A program made the position numbers and the translations under genes. A stretch of 64,000 nt of DNA from Paecilomyces variotii (taxonomy: Eukaryota): the NCBI GenBank assembly GCA_004022145.1, contig RCNU01000008.1; one strand, 5' to 3'. Positions 49,230 to 62,647 of this stretch are shown one piece after another. The number at the start of each line of letters is the position of its first letter. Positions within the stretch are counted from its first letter, which is position 1. The notes below the pieces were generated by a model. The model saw nothing but the letters and a program-made list of their open reading frames with translations, made no database searches and was not told the origin of the DNA.

Positions 49230-50897
49230 TCAGTCGATACTTTCAGTGAATCGACTGCCTCTGCTGCCATCCCAACTTGGGTGACTCCTGCCTACCAGGT
49301 CAGGTCGCCGCGGTATAGAGGAAGCCCTAGTTACCTGACGGGTTGGAAGCGATTGACCAGACTCAGGTAGGTTGACGGTACTTGCTACCGGAGATCTAGC
49401 AGGCGAAGGTCGCATGAAGACCCCGTCCATTCTGTCCACATCACTTGCTCGAGTCGTAGACGCACTTAAGGGGGGCTCAAATCGATCAAAAGGAATAAAA
49501 TTCTCATCTCCCTCAGCAGTGGTTTCCACAATCGTTGGTGCAGTCGCAAGATGGCCTGGCCTTGGGGACAAATCCGTGCTGGACGCTGCCGCACCAGGAA
49601 CAATTTCTTCCTCACCACCACTACCATAGCCATCACCCCCTGTACGCAACACGGAGGGGATCTTCCGCCCTGAGATTTTCTGAAATCCTCGCTCGCTTGG
49701 CGTTGTATCTTGCGTGCTCACGGTCTGCGTCGAGTTTCTCCAACGATTGAAGAATCCTGCAGAAGCTGCGGCTGCTGCGAGAGGGGTGACGCTGGACCGT
49801 TGGGACATCATCTCAGCATTCGGCGCACCAGATTCTGAACGGGCCGCACCACTTGTCGCATCGTCAGACGCAAGAGCCCCACGAGTCTTATGAGCATATT
49901 TCTTTCTCCACCGAAGTACAAGTAGTGCTAAAAGGAACAGAAAGAAGGCACCTGCCACACCCCCCACGACGCCTCCGACTACACGGGGAGTGTTGACTCC
50001 GCTAGAGGAACCTGAACCGGAGCCTTGTGAATTTGAATCGTCTCCTGATGAAGGCTGTCCACTGTTTCCGCTTCCAGAGATTGAGCCACCAGCGCCTGCA
50101 CCAGCTCCAGTGGTAGCTGCAGAGGTGGAATACCCGTTTGTCGAACCGAATGTGCTAGACTGCGCAGAACTGGAAGTCACGCCGGAGGAAGATGCACTGC
50201 TAGACGAGGAAGATAGAACAGACTGAATGGTGGAAATTGACGATCTGGAACCCGATGTCGAGATTGAGGTTGAAGCAGATGAAGCGGAAGTGGCCAAAGC
50301 GGATGAAACAGATGAAGAACCGGAGAATAATGCACTTGGCGAAGGAATCGCTCGTGAAGAGGACGGAATGTGCGAAAAGAAATGGTCAGACGGCGTAGGA
50401 AGTCGACTATCCCGGGTAGGTGTCGGCGTCACTGAAGGGGATGGAGAGCCAGAGTTTCCAGATGGTGTAGAAGTTGCAGTTTCCGGAGACGCTGGAGTAG
50501 ACGACACGATGATGGGAGTGGTCAGGTCTGACGGAATGGTGAAATAGCCGAGGGAAGAGTCCGAAATTGTCGCAGGCAGCGTGGGAACTGTGAATTGTCC
50601 TATTGTACGAGAGCCACTGTCAACAACAATATCCACAACGGTAACCACAGCGGTCGTCACAGAATTTTCGTCCTGTTCTTGCATCTGGCGAGGTTCCAAA
50701 GGGTCCAAATTGGGGTTCCCACCATGCTTCGTCTCCGTTACATCATCTGTTTTTCCCTCTATGGCAGATGCAGCCTCGTCCCTGCGTCTCTCCAACTCCA
50801 GTCTCCTTTTCATTTCAGGGCTGACGTGAGGATGCCTCGCCCTCCTCCCATACCGACTCATCTTGGGAGCGAGTAACCCCCCGGGTCTTCTGACCAT
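49230..50897 (-). CDS. Single-pass membrane protein with a Ser/Thr-rich region and a cytoplasmic tail
   Basis: Intronless 555-aa ORF. Long S/T tract, TM segment VVGGVVGGVAGAFFLFLLALLVL followed by RWRKK, tail ERGFQKISGRK..GRSHPSWDGSRGSRFTESID. Confidence 0.85.
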   Translation of the reverse strand: MVRRPGGLLAPKMSRYGRRARHPHVSPEMKRRLELERRRDEAASAIEGKTDDVTETKHGGNPNLDPLEPRQMQEQDENSVTTAVVTVVDIVVDSGSRTIGQFTVPTLPATISDSSLGYFTIPSDLTTPIIVSSTPASPETATSTPSGNSGSPSPSVTPTPTRDSRLPTPSDHFFSHIPSSSRAIPSPSALFSGSSSVSSALATSASSASTSISTSGSRSSISTIQSVLSSSSSSASSSGVTSSSAQSSTFGSTNGYSTSAATTGAGAGAGGSISGSGNSGQPSSGDDSNSQGSGSGSSSGVNTPRVVGGVVGGVAGAFFLFLLALLVLRWRKKYAHKTRGALASDDATSGAARSESGAPNAEMMSQRSSVTPLAAAAASAGFFNRWRNSTQTVSTQDTTPSERGFQKISGRKIPSVLRTGGDGYGSGGEEEIVPGAAASSTDLSPRPGHLATAPTIVETTAEGDENFIPFDRFEPPLSASTTRASDVDRMDGVFMRPSPARSPVASTVNLPESGQSLPTRQVTRASSIPRRPDLVGRSHPSWDGSRGSRFTESID

Positions 50898-52814
50898 CAA
50901 ATCTTGGTCTCAACCGAGTCAAAAGCTCACAAAGGTCTCTCGAAAAATGCGTCGTGGAAAAGCAATGTCGGTACAGGAGAATCGAGCCAAATCCTTTTCC
51001 GATATTCCAAACTGCACGTTTAGAGACTTGATCTGGCGGCAGTTCAACAGATTGGCGACGGGCGAATGTGGTGTGTCTGCCTGGACTACACGCCAGAATC
51101 GCTAGAAAAAGATAGTCAAGCAAGATATTTTCAAGGAATGTCCTGGGCCACTGCGGCTCCAATTGTTCGAAAAATGCTCTCCGAAAATCCGTAGGCAACA
51201 CGAAGTAGAAGGCAAGTGGAAATCCAGATCAACACGGTGGAAAAGCGAGTGGTGGATGCCGCAAATCGATGCAGGCGATAATCCCGATGGCAATATCAGA
51301 ACAGAAGGCGTTTTCGAAGGAGTGGATGTCGGTCGTCACCGTATAACAGACGATAAAAGGAACGACCGTACGTTAATGAAGCTATACCAGGGCCAATGCC
51401 CGGGTCAGTCTGAACCTACCAACGGATCGCCCAGCGCGGATCTGATGGGGTGCTCATGGACGCAGCATACCTGTAATGAGTGACAGAAAGGCCTAATAAT
51501 GCATCCTGCAAAGGCGCCTGTGATAGAGATGGGGAGGAAAAGAGAAGCTCGGCCTCGATGGGCAGCGCAGTGTCTGTCTGTCCGTCTGGCTGGCTGGCTG
51601 GGTTGGCCTTGTTTTGTTTCGTCCGGTTCTGGAACGTCCCACGACGGGACCCGTCGAAAAGACTGGTTGCTGGCTCAGACGCTGCTGCTTCTTCTTCTTC
51701 TTTTTCTTCCTCGAGACCTCCACAGCGTCAACGAAAGCCCTTCGTCCTGAGCGGGCGGTTGTCCGTCGAGACTCACTTCCTCTGCCTCGTTCAGGTGCGC
51801 GAGGAGCGTCTGTCACAACGAGGAGACGAGACGTCCGAGCTCGATGTTGGCGGAGAAGACGCAGGAGATCGGACAGCGAACGAGCCAGGCCAGGAACAAG
51901 ATCGTCGTTCTGTCAGGAACGGGGAGGGAGCGCGCTGAGTGGTTGATGACGGGCGACGAGACGCTGGTGATGGCCCGCTGGCGAGATGCGCCATCGCGGG
52001 CTGCGGGTCATTCGCGGCAGCCCAGGTCGTGGACATGGTGGAGGCAGTGGAGGAGGCTATTCCCGCTGCCGTTTAGCGCCTCTTCTAGCGCGCTGTTAGC
52101 GAGCGGGAAGCGTCGGCGCCATGAGGGCTTAGGGCTTGCACACAGCAGCACTATCCCCCATTGGGGGCCATGTTTAATTGCACATGCCGGCCCGTCACTT
52201 TCTCCGGTCTGGTCGATGCCTGTCCAGCCCGTCGGCCACAATCAAGGAAAATGCTGCCCTGCTCCCCAGTGGCGATTTGCTACCTTCGAACGGGGGTTTA
52301 TACTTCCAATAGTTCTTCTAGCCAAGCATCATATATCATACGATGGGGACGGAGAGCGAAAAATAGATACATACATCGAGCAGAAGCCCATCGGGCTATC
52401 TGATGGGAATGCAACGCGGGGATTTGATTATTATTAGGTCCCCAATTAACTAATTTCCCATCTTCCAGCCATGTGCGACGGCCGGAATAATAATAGGATC
52501 ACGGCAAGCCTCCCGGGTCACGTGTTCCCCGTTTTGAACAAATAATCGCCAAGGATTTATTTGCCCACCGAACATTTCGTCGAGTATTTTTACTCCGTAC
52601 TCCGTATGGTATACCAACCTTTTCTCCACACCAGGAATGCGCGAAACAACATCATCTTCTTATTCAAGTAAGAATAAGAGACACACTCATCACGTAACCA
52701 CTACTAACTAATAATAACTAGTACTCTCAAATATAAAATAAGATCTAAACTATATTTATCCAATGGAATGCGTCGTTCCTTATTACTACTCTTGTTATAT
52801 TCATTTCCCTACAC

Positions 52815-52858
52815 TAATAATAATAATAATAATAACAATAACAACAACAATAATAATA
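52815..52858. repeat. (TAA/CAA)n microsatellite
   Basis: Interrupted TAA/CAA run. A second (TAA)n run lies at about 53088-53110. Confidence 0.85.
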
Positions 52859-53899
52859 TCAGAATATCTAAGCCAGAGAGTAATTCAATCCACCCTCCCC
52901 TTTCCGCACGTGGGCGTGGCCGAACATCCCCCCTACCCTAGCTGGTCCAAGCCCCTTTTTCTCTTCCTTTTCTTTCTCTCTCTCGTTCTTCTTTGTTTCT
53001 TTTGTTTGCTTTTCTCTCATCATCAAACGGCTTAGCTTAACTTAGCTTGGCTTGTCTTGGCTTTGCCTCAGCAATGCAAGAGTACTTCATAATAATAATA
53101 ATAATAATAATCCCTGCTTTTAACTTAACTCTACAATGAGGCTGTATTAAGCTATAGCACTACTGCTATATAATACACTAGAAGATCACGCGACAGTTCT
53201 GGATTCCTGTCGATCATTCCTTTCGATCAAAAGTTCGGGGCATGAGGTTTTAACCGTTTTTTGTTAACTTAGTAGTAGTCAATCAGTCAAACTATAGTTG
53301 CTATACTGTTCTAGTTAACTGACTAGTATATCTAGTCAGTTTTGCCTTCCGGGCCGTTGTTAGAGCTACATATATGAGTGTGGCTTTCATTTGGTGTTTG
53401 ATTCTACTTTTACGAATGAATCACGCTCGTACGGAGTAGATTCTGTCTGTTAGGCCAGGTAAAATGTGTAGCTGGTTTCACACAGGGGTGGAGGGGGTTT
53501 ATTGTGGAACTTGCTAATGAGCAGGATGTTGTTCGATATTTGGACTGCAATATGTGAAAAATGCGCTGAGATCCCGACGGAAGCTTAAAGTCTATATTAT
53601 CGATTCTCTCCAGCGATCCGGAAAGATACCTAGGTACACGAGACATATCTACCAAGATAAGAACCGTCTGTATTTTTGCTCCTATCTCTTTACAGACAGG
53701 TGCAGGATCACCTGGTCTGGGGCTAGGTTCTTATTTCCTCCCACCAGACGCTTGCCAATGCAGAAATGTATCAGAGAAGCAGCCGGGCAAAACGAGAGCT
53801 GTGATGATGATGATGATGCGGAATGGATGTCGTTAGTGAAGGGCCAAGGGGATACGGATGATTCGGGGTATTAATAGTGATGCACAGTTGCCGGGAAAA

Positions 53900-55115
53900 T
53901 CAGAAGGTCTCCAGCTCCTCACCCGCTGCCTCCTCCGCTTCGGGAGGAATCTCGAATCCTTCCTGTGAATCAGTCAGCAAAGAAAGTCAACTCCAACGAC
54001 ACTTTATCATAATGAACAGCGAACAGAGCGGCAAGGTCATACCTCGGTCGAGTACAGAATCCCTTGGATATGCTTCACCAACGAATCTTCCTCCTTCTCC
54101 AGCTCAGGGTCAGCCTCCACAGCGGTCTGCAACAGCACCTCAATATCCCTCAGCTTGGCAAAGTAGAAGTCGCGCTCCTTTTCTAGTCCCGCAATAGCCT
54201 CCTTCTGCTGAGCAATCTCCTGCTGCAGAGCAGCGGTATTCGGTCCGCCGACAGCACCCGGACGACGAACACCGGTTGTCGGGGTAGTTCCCCGCCTAAC
54301 TGCACCCGCCGAAGTCGCGCCAGCACGAGAGCCACCAGACGACGAGGGAGCACCGGAGGCTTTACGGCGAGCGACAGCGTCGTAGTCACCACCCGGGTAG
54401 TACTGATCCCAGTGCTTCTTGGTCCACTGCAAGAACTCGAGGTTGTCCTGCATCCGGCACTTGACGAGCTGCTCAACGGGGATGGGGCGGTCTATTTGGT
54501 GGCGGAGAAAAACGTCTGATCGTGCAGGCAGGAGTTGTCAGAAGACGGGAAGAAAACATATCATGATTTTCGTTGTGGAAGTCACTTACTCTGGAGGACC
54601 TTGAAGTTTTGAATGTAGGCGTACTCGGTGTTCACGTTGAACTTGACGCGCGACATGGGGACATCCACTGCAGACAGGCAACTGTGAGCATTCCACTCCG
54701 GAATACGGCTAGAATCCGCTTGCGCCGAGTCTAGAAAAACTCACAGTATATGGAATCGAACACCTGACACAGCGCGGCTCTGTTAAACAGAAATATTGTC
54801 AGATACTGCTCACTCCAACAATCTCCCAGACATTATGCTCGATTATTCCCCACGAAAACGGTCTAAAGGCTGGTCCGATGCTATCTGTCCGACAGACGAT
54901 GTCGTTCTAGGAAGGATAGGAGGGGCAAGTCGTACCCAGTTCCGCATTGCTCGATCTTCGTGATATTGAGCTGCAGCAGGTTGTTCAACCATGCCAGCAG
55001 CTCTTGTCTGTAAATTACACAAGACAGTGAGCAAAACCACAACACGAACAGCACAACCATATGCTAACGCAGGGGTCCCCAGGGGTAAATGGTAGTCATA
55101 CCTTGATTCACCCAT
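53900..55115 (-). CDS. bim1: Microtubule plus-end tracking protein EB1/Bim1
   Basis: MGESR-QELLAWLNNLLQLNITKIEQCGTG, CRMQDNLEFLQW, LEKERDFYFAKLRDIE, ILYSTEEGFEIP..ELETF*. Multiple short introns. Confidence 0.95.
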
Positions 55116-55763
55116 GGCGGGGTAGAAGTGCACCTGATCTCGGGCTCGGCAGGAAAGTAAATACGCGTGACAGTTCCAGATAAGCTGATATCTGGATAGA
55201 ACAAGAGAACGGCACAACCAGCTGGTTCTAAGCGCGTTTGTTATTGTTGACGCTGTGTGAAGATGAAGTAGCTGGAGATTTGTTTGTTGCGTTAACAAAA
55301 CCACGGGCTCTGCAAGGCGCTAAAACACCGCAGCCAATCAGCGTGGGCTTTCCCCCTAAGGCCCGGAGCAGAAAGCACTGGCATCATTATTCTCTTCTGT
55401 TTGCCATTCTTATCCTGATGGCGTTTTACGACAAATAATTATACCAAGGGAGGGATGTATTTGCAATCTATATTTCTGAGAACAACCAAGTACCGCCGAT
55501 GCAAGTATCTAGATTCGACGTGGAACGACATAATGTAATTAATGTACAACTCTTGAACAGCAAGCGCTTATCTATTATTCAGGGTCGAGATTCAAGATCG
55601 ACTGAGAAATTAAACAATCCACTCAGTGGACAAATGAGATACAATGCAATAGAAACGGCTGATTGCCGAGATCGGGTGTGCTGCCGGTAGATCGCCAAAA
55701 AGGAACCAAGCTATTAAGACCAAAGAAAAGAAAGAAAATGACAAAAGAATGCTCCGTTTATTT

Positions 55764-58062
55764 TTACTCCTCGAGCAACTCGATCCCATCCAAACCATGC
55801 CCAAAATCCATGATGACTGCCCGCGAGTCCTGACTCGTGGCAACAATGCGTCGGTAATCGGATTTAGCACTCAGCATCCAGCTGGTCGTCCAACCTCCCA
55901 TGTTGATTGAGAGATCGCCGGTGGTGGCGTCGAAGACCTTAACGCTCATATCGTAGCTTCCGCTGACGATACGGTTGTTCATATCATCCAGGTGCAGCGA
56001 CCGTACGAGGCCAGCGTGACCCTTCAGTTCGTTGACCAGCTCGCCCGTGTTGGCATCAAACTGGTAGATCACCTGATCGTTTCCGCCGGCGAGGATGGTG
56101 CGTGCATCTTCACTAAATTCCACACAAGCAAGACCTCGGTCTTTGCTGGGGAATTCCTTAATGCAAAGCCCAGAGGTGATGTTCCACAGCTTTGCTACAC
56201 CATCTCCGCTGGCGGAGACGACGAGGTCACCGCGCAGTTGCACTGCGTTGACTGGGCCACGATGACCTAGTAGCTTCTTAACCAATTCACCAGTATGGCG
56301 GTCCCACACGCAGATGGTGGTGTCTTTGGAGCACGAGACAATATATCTGTCATCGAAGCAGACATCCAGAACACCAGCCTTGTGGCCTTCGAGACGACGG
56401 ATGGCCTTGTAGTCGTTCTTCACATCCCATACAATGCACGTATAATCAGAGGAACCAGTGACCATGATCTCATCGTCGAATTGCAAACAGAGAATGGAAG
56501 CACTGTGGTAATCGCCTGACTCTTCCAGGGGCGCAACGAGACCCGCTGTTGGCTTGGAAGGAGGGCAGATTGTGACGATTGGTGACTTTGACTTTTCTGA
56601 AGAATGCGCTGTGAGGTTCATAAGAACATTTGGTCCCACCCCAGCTGAGTCTCCTGGTGGAGGACCGATAATCTTCAGACACTGCCAAGGATAATGAGCG
56701 TTCCATACACGTATGGTCCGATCACGAGAACCTGTGATGATCTTGTGTCTTAAGATATAGTTAGATATATGGTTCGAACTGTTGGGAGATGGGATACATA
56801 CTCATCGAACTGGACACAATAAACACTGTCCTTGTGTCCTTGGAGGTAAATTGCGGCAGCCTCTCCTTCCTTCCAACGATGTTCCAGTGCTTGGCGCACC
56901 ATGAACATTCGCTTCCAGTCCTGGTCAGGTAAAGTCTTCCCCAGACCAGCCGACTGTGTCTTCCGCCTTGTTAATGATGTCTCATGGCGACGAGGTCCGA
57001 ACTCGCGTCGGAAGACAGTCCTCCAAACGTGGCGAGAGGACGCCTCATTGCGCCAAGCATGCGAGACAGCCTCAGCGTTCATGAGGGACTCTGGGTCAAG
57101 ACATGAAAGGACCTGAGCCATGACTTCGGTGGGCAGATACTCTACTGGGTCTATAAATTTCTCAATAAGCCATGTTCGTCATGAAACAGATTCGACAAGG
57201 TCTTACCTATGCGGACGACTGCCAGTTCGGCGTCAGACATTTCGGAGCGGTCCCGCAAGTCAATCCCGATCCCACTCTCCGAGTCTCTAGTGATTTTGCC
57301 ATCCCAAATCTTCGAGTCAGCCTTGGTTGCTGCACGCTCGGCATTCGTCAATTCGTTCTGAGCTGCTGCGGCAGCCCGCGCGGCAGTACCGCCAAACGGA
57401 CCATCCGGAAGAACTGGAGGCTCAGTGCCATTGCCAGGAATAGGTGCCAAAACATAACCGGCCGGAGCATACAAACTCTGTAGCGCGGTAACAGTGGGAA
57501 GAGATGGTCGACGATGGAGACCATGGTGTTTGAACCAGGACGTCCGCGATCTTCCCTCCCAGCTTCCATAAAACTGACGCCTGGCGGCTGATTCATCTTC
57601 TGGACCTTCTTCGAGCGGAACGCGAAGACCGTGCTTGGACGATTTACTGCGAAGACTCACGGAAAGCCGTCGTCCAAGAGCACGTAGGCCATCAACACCG
57701 TGACGCAAGCTTGAAAAGCTCTTAGCGGAACGATGCCCGGAACGATGCCCAGAACCGGGCTCTGCGAACGCAGGCGGTTCCTCCAACGCATGTGCAATAT
57801 TATATGGGCCCTCTTGGTTGTATGCGTCATGGTCCTCCCATCGCTCCGCTTGTGTAGTCTGCTCGTCCATAAAGTGTTGAGCGGCGTCTCGACGGTTGAC
57901 CTCGCGGGACGGATTCCAGCTGTCTGACGGAGGCCATGCGGGCATCTGTGGAGAAGCTCCAGGGGAAGCAGAGGAAACAGCGGTTCTAGGACGGACTCGA
58001 AGCATCACAGACGACCTTCGCCGCTGCGTCGTTGGGCCGACAGCCCCATCTGTTGGAGACAT
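55764..58062 (-). CDS. F-box/WD40-repeat protein (SCF substrate receptor)
   Basis: F-box DPVEYLPTEVMAQVLSCLD. WD40 repeats GHKDSVYCVQFD, GHKAGVLDVCFD, GHRGPVNAVQL, GHAGLVRSL. Two introns. Confidence 0.93.
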
Positions 58063-58771
58063 GCCGTCGAGATGGCTGGTGATGTGATAGAAAGACGGCT
58101 GGGAAACGGGGGCGTGGAGGAGCGCGTGCGGTCTCCCAGGACGGCTCGTGGCAGTGGAATATTAAATATTAATTGGGAAATTGGCCTCAAGACCGGCTCG
58201 TATGCGCAGGTTTCGAAGACGGTCGTAAAGCAATGTAAGGGGCGCTGCAGGGTAGCGGGCGATATATGCCTCCCCGCGAAAGACGCAGACCGCTAAAGAA
58301 TAATAATAATCGACCAGGACCGTAGAACTCCAAACCCGGGTGCGGATACCATATCCATGAACAACAAAAGAGCGGCGACGTGAGGTCAGAAGAAAAAGAT
58401 CGGTGCAGGGCGAGCGCAGGTCAACCCCGGATAAGCTGCCTACAACTAGTTTTTTGAAGGCGAACGCCCGGGGCGGCGAGAAAAGTTGGCCAGGGGCAGA
58501 ACGGGCGGCGGTGGCGGAGAGGATCAACTCCCTGGGATCGTTCTCGCGGCTTCATTTGTGGTCATCGAGACAAGACGTCAACCCCGACTACACCGCCAGC
58601 CAGTCCCATGGTTCTTGTCGAATTCTCTTTCCGACCTGTCCTGTTCCGTTCGTTTAGGCATCCCGATCACAGACCGCTCCGACTGGGAGAGACGAAATCC
58701 TCACCCTTTGCGCTGGCATCCATTGCGTTTGGTTCGCCCGTCTTTTCAACGTTGCAGCGATAATAATAATA

Positions 58772-59254
58772 ATGGCCCCTCACTGCCAGCGGATCCCGAT
58801 CTTTTATCGCATCTTCCTGCTCTACGTGGAACCATTCTTCAGCCTTATAGGGGCCTTCTATGCGGGAGTGCGACCCCAAGCGTACCTCCAGCTGACGGAT
58901 CTACGGTCAGCCCCGCTGCTGGATATCCCCGTGGGCACGGAGGTCGTGTTGCGACAGTTGGCAAATCTGTACTTGCTCTTTGCGCTGAACGAAGCCATCG
59001 TGTTGCGAGTCACAGATGATGTCCGTGTCTGGCGTGCGCTGTTGGTAGGCCTCTTGATTGCGGACTTCGGGCATCTGTATAGCTTGCTTCCGCTGGGCCT
59101 TGATGTCTACTGGAAGATCCACCATTGGACGGAGATGGACTGGGGTAATGTCGCCTTCGTTTATTTCGGGGCCGCTACGAGGATTGCCTTTCTGACGGGC
59201 GTTGGCTTTTCCGCTCGCTCCTCCACGATGGACGGACAGCGGAAAGTGAAATGA
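58772..59254 (+). CDS. Small multi-pass membrane protein, fungal hypothetical (160 aa)
   Basis: Intronless ORF with about four hydrophobic segments. Motifs FYRIFLLYVEP, QLANLYLLFALNE, VWRALLVGLLIADFGH. Confidence 0.8.
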   Translation: MAPHCQRIPIFYRIFLLYVEPFFSLIGAFYAGVRPQAYLQLTDLRSAPLLDIPVGTEVVLRQLANLYLLFALNEAIVLRVTDDVRVWRALLVGLLIADFGHLYSLLPLGLDVYWKIHHWTEMDWGNVAFVYFGAATRIAFLTGVGFSARSSTMDGQRKVK

Positions 59255-59611
59255 TTTGGTTACTCGAGCACACCACGTCTTCTTGCTGGCAATGATTTTC
59301 GTATTTCTGGATATCCCCATTTATTATAATTGTGCACTATGATTGAAACATCCGCTGGTCGGCCAAATCATCTACAAGACAAGATAAGCGCCCCAGACCC
59401 GGGGACCTTGTGGGATAACATCGCACAAGTATAAAAGAACCCGTTCCTATAGTTTCCTCTACATCTGTATATTTCAATTTACACGACATGCTGTCGTCTT
59501 CATGCTTTATATGATCCTTTACTTGATTATTCATTCTTAGACCGCTTCTTTGAGTTCATATCGTCATCAGCAAGGGGCTATGTACAGTGCATTCATTGCA
59601 AATACTGCATT

Positions 59612-60948
59612 CTAGTTTCCGAAGACCTTGTCATAGCCGGTCAGGGTCATCCGGTAGCGGACATCGCCCTTCTTCATGCGCTGGACAGCCACAGCAAGGT
59701 TCTCCTCGTTGATTTGGACCTCCTCAGCCCAGGCCTTGAGGTTCTTGTCGGCCGCCAGCTGCAGCATCTGGAGCATCTCACGGCGACTTCCCAGGTGGGT
59801 GGCACCGATCAAAACACCATTGCTGATCAGGTGCTGGGCCTTGATCACCTGTCCCTCCTCCTCGGGGAGACCAACATTGATCCAGTGGCCGTGAACATCC
59901 ATCATGGAAAGGTACTTGGCGAGGTCGAAGTTCTTGGTCGAGTTGGCCGCATTGACGATCAGATCGAATGTGCAGCGGTGAGGCTTCTCCCATCCTTCTT
60001 CAGCAGTGGCAATGAAGCCATCAGCTCCCAGCTTTCGGGCATCCTCCTCCTTAGCCCTGGTACGGGAGATAGCCCAAACCTCAGCGCCCAGCGCCTTTGC
60101 GAACTGCAGACCGAAGTGGCCAAGACCACCGATACCGACAATACCGACCTTCTTGCCCGGGCCGCAGCCGTTCCGCACCAGGGGAGAGAACACGGTGATA
60201 CCAGCGCACAGCATAGGAGCAACGATGGTGGTCTCCAGCTTCTCCGGAATGGGGAACACCCACCATTCGTGCACGCGGATGTGGGATGCGTAACCGCCCT
60301 GGCTGACGAGTCCAGTCTCAGGCCACTTGGAGCCATAGGTGTCAATCAGCTTGTACTGGCAGTACGTCTCGTTGTCGTTCTTGCACTGCTTGCATTCTCC
60401 GCAAGAGAAGACCTGGGCACCGACACCAACGCGCTGACCCTCCTTGATGAGAGTCACCTTGGGGCCCACGCGGATCGCCGTACCAACGATTTCTTCAATG
60501 GAATATTAGCTTTCTATGACTGTCGACTGGAGCTGGAGGAGAGCTTACCGTGGCCGACGCAGAGAGGGAAGTGCTGCTTTCCCCATCCACCTAGCAGTTG
60601 TCAGTTTGCTTCTGACACTGTCATATTTGTTGTTAAAACTTACCACTAATGATATGAACGTCACTACCGCAGATACCGCATGCCTCGATCTTGACGTCGA
60701 CATCTGTTGGTGAGGTCTAGGTTAGCGACCACTCCCATGGGTCGAAAGGCTCTATCCTGCTGGTTCGCTGTAACGTACCATAGTCGCCGAACGGGTTGAG
60801 AGGGAACTACAGCCATCCGACATTGTCAGCATACCGTCGAACGCGCATGTTGGGATCGAGAGGAATCACGCACATAACGCTTGTGGAAGGTGGTCCAGCT
60901 GTCAGGGCTGTCGACCTGGAATCCTTCTGCTTCCTCGGGATAAGGCAT
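59612..60948 (-). CDS. Zinc-dependent NADP alcohol dehydrogenase (Adh6/cinnamyl-ADH-like)
   Basis: ACGICGSD, GHEIVG, structural Zn site CGECKQC..C, PMLCAGITVFSPL, GIGGLGH, DVRYR. Four short 5' exons. Confidence 0.93.
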
Positions 60949-61749
60949 TTTTGTTGTATCTCCTGAGATAACTAGAGCTTCAGCGCTTTGGATCTGCACG
61001 AGGGGCGTATTGGCAGTGGGATGTGCTGTTCTTCTGGCCTGGGTGCATGCAAGAGGGGGATCAACAGCTTGTTTAAGTACCTCAAGCCGCAGCGAGACAG
61101 CGCAGGGGCACAGAAGCTGCAGAAAACGATGAGCGATGCAAAACGAACAAAGGAAACTTACGGATTCCTAATCAAGTACACCTAAAGATAGGGACGCTCG
61201 CCAAAGTTACACTGGAGTCGGATAGACACAAGACCGATCTTCATGCACAGCAACCGCCGACAAGACGATAGATTATAAATACTTGGCTCTTGCGATGGAG
61301 CCGCTTGATATGCCCCGCCGATGGGCCCAAGGGACGCGGCTTTCGTATCATACTGAACTGTGCAGCCTGGAAGCAGCAACCTTCCAGTTATTTACCAGAT
61401 TGTCGCTATACGGGAATAATCCCGTAGTCAGCCCTTCACCGGGAACAGGTCCTTCCACCCTAAGCTCTGGGATCCTTGCTGACATGCCGAATCCGAAGAA
61501 CAGGAACAAGCCGTTATAGCGAGGGGCATCGATGCGATTACGGTTCAGGCCGCCCTGCGGGACCGTACATCTCCGAATTTTGATATTTACCCCTCATGGT
61601 GGTCTATGCGGCTATGCCGTCCGACGGTTCCCGAGTACTCGCCGAGCGCTTTTTTTTTGCCCTTTTTTTTTTTTACCGTGATACCGTCTCTGGGATTGGC
61701 CCAGTGGAGAGTCTAGATGTGCTTTGACTGTTGGACTAGCTATAGCTAA

Positions 61750-62230
61750 CTACAGTAGGTTTTTTTAAATAGGATTATTTCTCCAACCAAACCCGCCCAA
61801 CATTTCTGCCGGCAGAATAATGCCTAATTAAGATGTCACAATACCAAATTCGGTGTAATCTGAATACTACTACCTACTAAGCTCTAGGATCGCAAGGCGT
61901 TCTCACATTCATCAAACTACTATAACTTTTACCTCGACTATACCTAGTGTATAATAGAGTCGTGAAAAAGAGCTAGATATACTCTTTCAATGGTACTCCT
62001 CCATTGTACATATGTTATTTAGATCTAGTAAACATAAACTACACGGCGTCATTGGAGTCGATTCTCAAGAAGGGATTTCTCCCTCCTTATACATACATAG
62101 TTAAAAAGCTCAATTTACCACTACATGATACCACTAATTGCGCCTAACCGCCTAAAGACTTATATAACCTTCCCAATACAGAAGCTGTTCATACTTCATG
62201 AAACCAATTAGTGCTTCTCTAAGGTTCTAG
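61750..62230 (+). mobile_element. Possible RIP-degraded Fot1/pogo-type DNA transposon fragment
   Basis: TpA-rich stretch starting TA|CAGT at 61751. Weak translation GTPPLY..DLVN..GVIGVD resembles the pogo HTH region G.PP....DMAN...VG.NW. Confidence 0.3.
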
Positions 62231-62647
62231 CGGCTTTTAGCGGTATAGTAAAAATTACGAACAGACCGCTTATTTATAGTTAAATGGTATCATCTATCTT
62301 GAATCTAACTCGTGGATATTTGTGATTAATAATAATCGAGTCTGATCGACGCGGGGTTAAAGTCACTCGGGCGAGAGCTGTTATTGTCTTAGGGCTTAGG
62401 GCACGGGCTGAGGGCTGTAGATCTGCGGGGTGAGTCTTGGAATATAATTGAATATTATTACTATATTATTTACTGATCGATGCAGCTGCTTCTGATATCC
62501 TAGATCTATCTACATACTGGTCTTCCCGAACAATCTCAGCTAACTAATTATTAACTCTATTTATCAGTCAAATGTATAGACTGCCCAAACGATGTCGAAT
62601 GGAGAGAGGTTATATACACAGTCCAATAAAGGCATCTATCTACCTAC

